4,538 nt of DNA from a virus. Lineage: Duplodnaviria > Heunggongvirae > Uroviricota > Caudoviricetes > Autographiviridae. The notes beneath the pieces are model-generated. The model did not search any database, was not told where the DNA came from, and saw only the letters and a list, made by a program, of their open reading frames with translations. How positions within the stretch are numbered: position 1 is the stretch's first letter; each line of letters opens with the position of its first letter. The DNA lies in the IMG/VR virus record IMGVR_UViG_2541047861_000003; one strand, 5' to 3'. Position numbers and translations under genes: made by a program. This document shows, one piece after another, positions 1-4,538 of this stretch.

Positions 1-98
1 GAGTCTTGAGTCTTGAGTCTTGAGTCTTGAGTCTTGAGTCTTGAGTCTTGAGTCTTGAGTCTTGAGTCTTGAGTCTTGAGTCTTGAGTCTTGAGTCTT
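1..98 (-). repeat. Heptanucleotide VNTR: 14 perfect tandem copies of GAGTCTT (+ strand), i.e. AAGACTC on the coding (-) strand; array is cut by the window start so total copy number is unknown
   Basis: Direct reading: positions 1-98 are exactly 14 x GAGTCTT with no interruption. On the - strand all three frames are open through the array; on the + strand every frame hits TGA (GAG TCT TGA). Confidence 0.98.
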
Positions 99-103
99 AA
101 CAT
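1..103 (-). CDS. neuO: Polysialic acid O-acetyltransferase NeuO, 5' end only (start codon plus repeat-encoded N-terminus); partial, continues beyond window start
   Basis: ATG at 103..101 with AGGA at 114..111 (7-nt spacing). Frame reads ATG TTA then (AAGACTC)n, giving M-L-(RLKTQDS)n. This matches the recalled neuO 5' heptad-repeat architecture of prophage CUS-3. Gene body is not in the window, so identity rests on the repeat signature and genomic context (directly downstream of an endosialidase tailspike). Confidence 0.75.
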   Translation of the reverse strand, partial: MLRLKTQDSRLKTQDSRLKTQDSRLKTQDSRLKT

Positions 104-110
104 ATTAGTA

Positions 111-191
111 TCCTACGTTATTTTACCACTAGTTACTTTTCTTGTCATTAAAAAGCATTTAAATTTTTATATTTAATTTCGTTGACGTCAA
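111..191 (-). promoter_or_regulatory. neuO upstream region: Shine-Dalgarno AGGA (114..111) and candidate sigma70 elements (ATGACA 148..143, 17-bp spacer, TAAAAT 125..120; alternative TTGACG 191..186 with AAAAAT/TAAAAA about 16-17 bp downstream)
   Basis: Hexamer matching by eye on the reverse complement of an AT-rich spacer. The proximal candidate would place the transcript start inside the SD, so the distal candidate may be the real one. No experimental support. Confidence 0.3.
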
Positions 192-256
192 TGTTTTTTG
201 CCAATGTACTTACTTCTTTATGTGATCAGTTCATATTTTTGACGCCAACGAAACAT

Positions 257-3202
257 TTAGTGCTTCCCTTCTATTAAGTCTAACCTAGCTTTTATTCTTT
301 CTATTTCTCTGCGCTGCCATGCTGCCTCGATATAGAATAAGAGATCAGGTCTGACCCCCCATCTAGATCCTGCTGGCGTTATTTCAACGCGCTCAATGAT
401 GTCTTCCATTACCATCACTGGATTATCATCCTCATCAACAATGATGCTCCCGTCATTATCAGTCAGCGGCATTTCCCTTTGGCCAGTAATGACGTCATCA
501 TATACTGCGGGATAATCGTCATAGCAAAGAAAGGCATAGCGGCATGTTGTGCTTTCTTCTTCCATGAGTCCGTGAGAAATAAGAACATCACGAAGTTGCT
601 GCGCGATTACACCATGATGTATCCTCGCCCCTTCTTCCCCCTTTATAGCGACAGCGTTCAGCCATTTATAAGCGATATACCTGACGTCACCCCAGGCATC
701 CAGCAATGTTTCGTCAGGAGAGACCGGCTCTGTCTTTAATGTTCCGTCACTGGTAACCACAGGATTGGAGCCAAGATAAACTATCGAGAACCTGTTTCCC
801 GGACCACCAAGAGCATTTACATTATCAAGATAAGGTTTAACATCTCCGTTCTCAAAAAGATGTTCGAGTGCGTTATATACCGCGCGACGTGGAGTACTGC
901 TTCTGGAACCATGCAACGTTATCATTGCACCATCTGCTGAAGACGTTGTTTCACCGCCGCTAACGATTAATCTCTGAGCGGTAACATCATCAGACGGTAC
1001 TTTCTTCGCAATAATGGCGTAATTACCCTCAAGTTTGACTTCCGCGCGAACTTGTCCTGATGTACCTGCATGGACAGTCAGTGACTGGACGGCAACATCA
1101 TCTGTGAAATCAACGGGTACAGGAACCGTCCTCACGCCTGACGTCGACATAAAAGTAGGAAGCGTTCTGTTAGGAGTGGCTCCGTAGACAAAATCCCTTG
1201 AAACAAATTCTTCCTGTTTAATTTTCACCCTGAAACAATACAAATCAGCCGGGTGACCATCGTGAACATAAGGATATTTTCTGTTGTTATCCCCTATGCT
1301 CCATGGGTTTAGAAAGTCTTCCCCACCGAAAATGTAGTACAGCCAGTTGTCTTTGATACAAACTGAACCAACACCAACCGCAGAGTTAACTATTCCGCCC
1401 TGATAAATCTGATCAGTAACATTAACCCACTCTACATTATCCAGACTCCACTCATTGACGTTAACTCTGGTCATAAATGTTCTTGGATAGTTTCCTGCAT
1501 AACGGTTATCAGGTTCTCCTCCTTCCCACTCACCAAATGCGCGCTCACTGCCAAAAATAATCAGCTCATCGCCAACTTTGGCAAAAGGAAGGTTTGAGTG
1601 ATGAACATTATTTGGGAAGCGAAGAGAATTCCATGATGTACCTAAATCAGAGCTTCTGTGCAATGAACTACCGGGTTGAGTACTTAATGTCCCCCTGGTC
1701 GTCAGATACAGAATGCCATCATAATATTTTACACATGGCTCAGATGCATTCGCCTCATATTCTGCAGGTATGCGTCTGCGAACAAAGCTACCAGGAGAAC
1801 CGAAAGCATCAGAGAAATAGAGTATCCCAAGCTCGCGTGGACCAATATCACCATTATGGTAGCCAACAGCAAAACTGTTATCGCTAATCGTCGCAAAACT
1901 GTGAATCTCAGTAACAGGAGTGCTTCCGTCAACAAAAGAAGGAATAGTTCCAAGACTGGTTTTTCTCCATGGTGACGAGTGAAATGATGTACCAAAACTC
2001 CAGTATCTACCCTCGTTATTCTGATCCACATCCTGGGTATTTTGCGTCGTAACTGTAAAAGTATTTTTATCAATAACAGTAGTCACCGTCATATTCCCGG
2101 TAACACCTGTAACACCAGAGTTTGAGAAGTTGACAAAATCACCAGCAAATAATCCGTGATCAGTAATGCGAATATAAGCGACTTGCTGATTTGCTGCTTT
2201 CGTTATACCACCATAAACGCGAAGGCTGCGACTCATTGGGCGATCCCACAACTCTGCAACCTGCAGTTTATTTCCGCTCACGGTCCGCGTCTCAATTACA
2301 GCAAAAAGGCGATTTCTGACAACCCCCATACTCATGCAGTGATAGTTAACTGTGGGATAGTTTTCATGTAAATCTGTAAGCCATTCCGGCGTTGTCCAGG
2401 TCTTCCCGTCATCTCCTGAGCGAACCCATGCAACATGGAGGTTATTTACACCATGGCGGTCTCCAGCCATAAAAGGCGCATAGATGACATTGTCATATAC
2501 AAACGTTTTATCCTGCGTCCAGGCGTTGTACCACGGTGTATCTGTAATTTTAAATAACTCTCCCTGGATAAAATCTTCAGAAACATAAAAAAGAGGCTGA
2601 CCCGGTATTCTCTCAAATAAAAAACGAGCATTTTTAAATCGACTGACATCTGGAAGAGTTGATACTTTAAAAGTAAGCCCTCGCCCATCTATCTTTTCAC
2701 CACCTGTTGCAACAGAAAGTAATTCTGATAGAGCTGATGTATCATCATGAACACCATCACCAATAGCCCCCCAACCTCTTACATCATAACTGTCTCTCCA
2801 TCTTGCTATCTGAAGTTTTGGGTATTTATTCGCTCCATCTGGGTCTTCTAATTGCTGCCGTAGTTGATCAGGATCATACTTCAGCACATTCTGGAAATAG
2901 AACTGCTGTACGCCATACGCATCGTACACAGCCATAGAATGGCCTTGCACAGTTACGAACTTGGCAATCCGTCCGTTATATACAGGGTAACCAGCAGCGT
3001 TAATGATGATTGGTTGCGAAACAGGAACGTGAGAGCCGTCTTCGTTCTCTACATAAACCTGAATCCGGTTTTCAGGATTTACCGGGTCAGTGTCAATTTT
3101 ACCGATATAAATTTTGCCATTGGCTACGGCTTTAAAAGAACGCGCCATAGTGAAGAGTTGCGAAGGCATCGATACAATCACATTGGCTGTAATGTCTGTC
3201 AT
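257..3202 (-). CDS. Tailspike protein, endo-N-acetylneuraminidase (endosialidase) type, with P22 gp9-like N-terminal head-binding domain and C-terminal intramolecular chaperone domain
   Basis: 981-codon ORF, ATG 3202..3200 with GGAG 8 nt upstream, stop TAA 259..257. N-terminal ~113 aa (MTDITANV...VLKYDPDQ) closely resemble the recalled P22 tailspike N-terminus. Two bacterial-sialidase Asp-box motifs S-x-D-x-G-x-T/S-W are present: SGDDGKTW (aa 262-269, nt 2396..2419) and SSDLGTSW (aa 517-524, nt 1631..1654), both verified against the nucleotide sequence. C-terminal region resembles endosialidase chaperone domains. Confidence 0.92.
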   Translation of the reverse strand: MTDITANVIVSMPSQLFTMARSFKAVANGKIYIGKIDTDPVNPENRIQVYVENEDGSHVPVSQPIIINAAGYPVYNGRIAKFVTVQGHSMAVYDAYGVQQFYFQNVLKYDPDQLRQQLEDPDGANKYPKLQIARWRDSYDVRGWGAIGDGVHDDTSALSELLSVATGGEKIDGRGLTFKVSTLPDVSRFKNARFLFERIPGQPLFYVSEDFIQGELFKITDTPWYNAWTQDKTFVYDNVIYAPFMAGDRHGVNNLHVAWVRSGDDGKTWTTPEWLTDLHENYPTVNYHCMSMGVVRNRLFAVIETRTVSGNKLQVAELWDRPMSRSLRVYGGITKAANQQVAYIRITDHGLFAGDFVNFSNSGVTGVTGNMTVTTVIDKNTFTVTTQNTQDVDQNNEGRYWSFGTSFHSSPWRKTSLGTIPSFVDGSTPVTEIHSFATISDNSFAVGYHNGDIGPRELGILYFSDAFGSPGSFVRRRIPAEYEANASEPCVKYYDGILYLTTRGTLSTQPGSSLHRSSDLGTSWNSLRFPNNVHHSNLPFAKVGDELIIFGSERAFGEWEGGEPDNRYAGNYPRTFMTRVNVNEWSLDNVEWVNVTDQIYQGGIVNSAVGVGSVCIKDNWLYYIFGGEDFLNPWSIGDNNRKYPYVHDGHPADLYCFRVKIKQEEFVSRDFVYGATPNRTLPTFMSTSGVRTVPVPVDFTDDVAVQSLTVHAGTSGQVRAEVKLEGNYAIIAKKVPSDDVTAQRLIVSGGETTSSADGAMITLHGSRSSTPRRAVYNALEHLFENGDVKPYLDNVNALGGPGNRFSIVYLGSNPVVTSDGTLKTEPVSPDETLLDAWGDVRYIAYKWLNAVAIKGEEGARIHHGVIAQQLRDVLISHGLMEEESTTCRYAFLCYDDYPAVYDDVITGQREMPLTDNDGSIIVDEDDNPVMVMEDIIERVEITPAGSRWGVRPDLLFYIEAAWQRREIERIKARLDLIEGKH
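260..790 (-). other. Tailspike C-terminal intramolecular chaperone-like domain; predicted autoproteolytic Ser818 (nt 749..751) with Lys823 as partner
   Basis: Motif [13 protein letters not shown] with Ser and Lys 5 residues apart, followed by ...[10 protein letters not shown]...[13 protein letters not shown]..., resembling the recalled serine-lysine dyad region of endosialidase/tail-fibre chaperone domains. Exact domain boundary is approximate. Confidence 0.55.
2864..3202 (-). other. Tailspike N-terminal head-binding (virion attachment) domain, P22 gp9-like; module junction at the YDPDQ motif (nt about 2864..2881)
   Basis: Similarity to the recalled P22 gp9 N-terminus ends right after ...NVLKYDPDQ; the sequence downstream is unrelated to the P22 receptor-binding domain. 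Confidence 0.8.
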
Positions 3203-3260
3203 TTAATTTGCTCCAGATGCAAAGAATCGCCGCAGCATGGCCACGGTGAATTTTGGGCAT

Positions 3261-3283
3261 AAAAAAACCCAGCCGAAGCTGGG
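3261..3283 (-). terminator. Rho-independent terminator downstream of ant (between ant and the tailspike gene)
   Basis: On the - strand: CCCAGC-UUCG-GCUGGG (6-bp GC-rich stem, UUCG tetraloop) followed immediately by seven U (+ strand 3261-3267 is AAAAAAA). Lies 19 bp after the ant stop codon. Confidence 0.75.
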
Positions 3284-3302
3284 TCGTTGCGTTGGTTATC
3301 TG

Positions 3303-4205
3303 TCAGTAATTATGTACTGAAGGAGGTAATTCTTTATTCTTAAGTCTCATCCATGCGGAAAGATTCGTTGGTCCGTCTGGCTCATTGATATCAACATCTC
3401 GTGTGTGATTGATTAAAACGTCTCTCGCCATATCGATAATACGGGAGAACTCATAACCGCAGTCATGACATCTGCCGGAATAGTTCGATTGAATTTGTTT
3501 TAGCGCCGGATACAGTTCGCGGAATAATGCCTGTGAGCGGTTGGCATAATCCCATAGCCATACAAGGCTGTTTGCTTCTTTTGCAGAAAGCTCGTTGGTT
3601 TTCTTCTCTTGTTTGCCGATGAACTCACCTTCAAGCACTACCCTGTGGATGTACTCTACTGCTTGTGGTATCTGAGATGCATCAAGCTCTTCAATACTTT
3701 CCACATTGAAACGCTGATGAATCATTGCATAAGCTTCTGGGTACATTAGATGCTTTTTGCTGACTAGCATATTTACAGCATCACGAAGCGGAGTCCTGTC
3801 ATCAACAGATGTTTTCTTCCGTGCATTTGCTGCCTCTCCCTTTGTCCAGTAGTCATGCAGCACAGTAAAGCATTCTTCCTGGTACTGAATCAGTTTATCG
3901 CGGATGTCAGCACGAACTTTCTCAGGGTTGATGCTGAACAGCCATCCATTTAACTTCTTCAAAGGAAGGCAGAGTAGCTTACGAAGCTTACCATCAGCGG
4001 CAACCATGTTCATATGAACACAGTTGAATTTGCTAATCTGCTTCATGAGTTTTGTTTGCTGCGTTGACCAGCTCATTCCGAGGTTTTCAACGATTGGCTT
4101 CATCGCAACATATGCAACTCCGGCAGCCATGGCGGTGATAATTTGCTGACCGTTGAATGGCACGTAAGAGGTGTTCACTGCTTCTAAAATTGCTATACTA
4201 TTCAT
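3303..4205 (-). CDS. ant: Antirepressor Ant (P22 immI-type), 300 aa
   Basis: ORF in the supplied track runs 3303..4271 from a GTG. Preferred start is the internal ATG at 4205..4203 ([21 protein letters not shown]...), with GGAG at 4219..4216, giving 300 aa, which matches my recollection of P22 Ant length and N-terminus. Stop TGA at 3305..3303. Confidence 0.8.
   Translation of the reverse strand: MNSIAILEAVNTSYVPFNGQQIITAMAAGVAYVAMKPIVENLGMSWSTQQTKLMKQISKFNCVHMNMVAADGKLRKLLCLPLKKLNGWLFSINPEKVRADIRDKLIQYQEECFTVLHDYWTKGEAANARKKTSVDDRTPLRDAVNMLVSKKHLMYPEAYAMIHQRFNVESIEELDASQIPQAVEYIHRVVLEGEFIGKQEKKTNELSAKEANSLVWLWDYANRSQALFRELYPALKQIQSNYSGRCHDCGYEFSRIIDMARDVLINHTRDVDINEPDGPTNLSAWMRLKNKELPPSVHNY
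4191..4199 (+). promoter_or_regulatory. Candidate extended -10 promoter (TGcTATACT) on + strand inside the first codons of ant, oriented antisense to ant (Psar-like)
   Basis: TG-n-TATACT at 4191-4199; no good -35, consistent with an extended -10 promoter. Predicted start about 4205-4208, opposite the ant start codon and SD. Confidence 0.35.
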
Positions 4206-4287
4206 GTTGGTTTTTCTCCACGGATTTACCGACAACCGAAGCCCTGACTGTTCCAGCAGTTGGGGCTTCACTGTTTTGATTTCTTTG
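4206..4287 (+). ncRNA. sar: Predicted sar-like small antisense RNA complementary to the ant translation initiation region
   Basis: Candidate promoter at 4191-4199 and a strong terminator-like hairpin 4238-4269 followed by a U-rich tract, delimiting a transcript of roughly 70-80 nt antisense to the ant SD. Matches the recalled arrangement of P22 sar RNA. Prediction only. Confidence 0.4.
4238..4287 (+). terminator. Intrinsic terminator-like hairpin for the antisense (sar-like) transcript
   Basis: + strand RNA GAAGCCCUGACUG-UUCCAG-CAGUUGGGGCUUC forms a 13-bp stem including two G.U wobble pairs, followed by ACUGUUUUGAUUUCUUUG. On the - strand the two wobble pairs become C.A mismatches, so the structure is stronger on the + strand. 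Confidence 0.45.
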
Positions 4288-4443
4288 CCGCATCAAGCAT
4301 CACTTCTGAAAACGTGCGCTTGCCACTGAATACTCTTTCTCTTCTCAATTTTTCGTTCGTGCCAAATGATTCGCCATGAACAAAATTTGGTCTTAAAATG
4401 GTAATCGCAATCTCTTTGACTACTGCATCCAAGCGAATCACAC
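4268..4443 (-). pseudogene. Possible 3' remnant of a gene upstream of ant, truncated by the IS insertion (58 codons open to the IS boundary, no usable start codon)
   Basis: - strand frame reads ...[56 protein letters not shown], with stop TGA 4270..4268 overlapping a GTG (GTGA) in the ant frame. Does not match recalled P22 Arc. An open stretch of this length could also arise by chance (about 6-7 percent expectation). Confidence 0.25.
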
Positions 4444-4538
4444 TGAACCGCCCCGGGAATCCTGGAGACTAAACTTCCTGAGAAAGAGGTAAACAGGATG
4501 ACTAAAAATACTCGTTTTTCCCCCGAAGTCCGTCAACG
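4444..4538 (+). mobile_element. IS3-family insertion sequence (IS629/IS1203/IS3411-like), left terminal region; partial, continues beyond window end
   Basis: Sequence from 4444 begins TGAACCGCCCCGGGAATCCTGGAGAC..., a typical IS3-family terminal inverted repeat starting with TG, followed 54 bp later by an orfA start whose product begins MTKNTRFSPEVRQ, which I recall as the IS629-group OrfA N-terminus. Confidence 0.7.
4498..4538 (+). CDS. IS3-family transposase OrfA, first 13 codons only (partial)
   Basis: ATG at 4498 with GAGG 8 nt upstream; translation MTKNTRFSPEVRQ runs off the window end. Confidence 0.7.
   Translation, partial: MTKNTRFSPEVRQ

Noticed and set aside
1-98. Possible CRISPR array or microsatellite of non-coding origin
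   Set aside because: Units are contiguous 7-mers with no spacers, so not CRISPR. An ATG with SD immediately precedes the array on the - strand and the array is stop-free only on that strand, consistent with a coding VNTR.
182-191. TTGACGTCAA palindrome as a restriction/modification or CRE-like site of special significance
   Set aside because: A single short palindrome in AT-rich DNA is expected by chance; kept only as a low-interest candidate regulatory site.
479-739. 86-aa + strand ORF from the six-frame track
   Set aside because: Lies entirely antisense within the 981-aa tailspike ORF; no RBS context, low-complexity translation; typical shadow ORF.
1594-1887. 97-aa + strand ORF
   Set aside because: Antisense shadow ORF inside the tailspike gene, overlapping the region encoding the second Asp-box; no independent support.
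1729-2073. 114-aa - strand ORF
   Set aside because: Alternative frame nested in the tailspike coding region; leucine/arginine-rich translation typical of off-frame reading.
2156-2371. 71-aa + strand ORF
   Set aside because: Antisense shadow ORF within the tailspike gene.
2446-2688. 80-aa - strand ORF
   Set aside because: Off-frame ORF nested in the tailspike gene; no start context.
2864-3262. 132-aa + strand ORF spanning the tailspike 5' end and the ant-tailspike intergenic region
   Set aside because: Antisense to the tailspike head-binding domain coding region and runs through the terminator; translation is not protein-like.
3261-3290. Terminator acting on the + strand
   Set aside because: On the + strand the A-run precedes the hairpin and the following sequence (UCGUUGCGUUGG) is not a U-tract; orientation fits a - strand terminator.
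4204-4329. 41-aa + strand ORF ([41 protein letters not shown]) antisense to the ant start
   Set aside because: No SD, overlaps the predicted antisense-RNA hairpin, not protein-like; more likely non-coding RNA.
4206-4443. Intact arc (Arc repressor) gene upstream of ant
   Set aside because: No ORF in any frame matches the recalled 53-aa Arc sequence (MKGMSKMPQFNLRWPREV...); the only ATG-initiated - strand ORFs are 10-29 codons. Only a start-less open frame is present.

Overview
This window reads as the tailspike/moron end of a P22-like (CUS-3-type) prophage from a K1-capsulated Escherichia coli, in reverse orientation. It is a recognisable, previously described kind of system rather than a novel one. 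On the minus strand, from right to left: the left end of an IS3-family insertion sequence with the start of its orfA (+ strand, 4444-4538); a short truncated immI-like region; the antirepressor gene ant (3303-4205); a strong intrinsic terminator (3261-3283); a 981-aa tailspike (257-3202) that joins a P22 gp9-like head-binding domain to a sialidase-type domain (two Asp-boxes) and a C-terminal chaperone-like domain; a 153-bp AT-rich spacer; and the 5' end of the phase-variable polysialic acid O-acetyltransferase gene neuO, whose first codons run into at least 14 tandem copies of the heptanucleotide AAGACTC (1-98, cut by the window edge). A candidate sar-like antisense RNA crosses the ant ribosome-binding site. 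The least expected element is the IS insertion where the arc/mnt regulators would normally sit. All calls come from reading the sequence and translations against recalled family knowledge; no searches were run, and protein comparisons are from memory.
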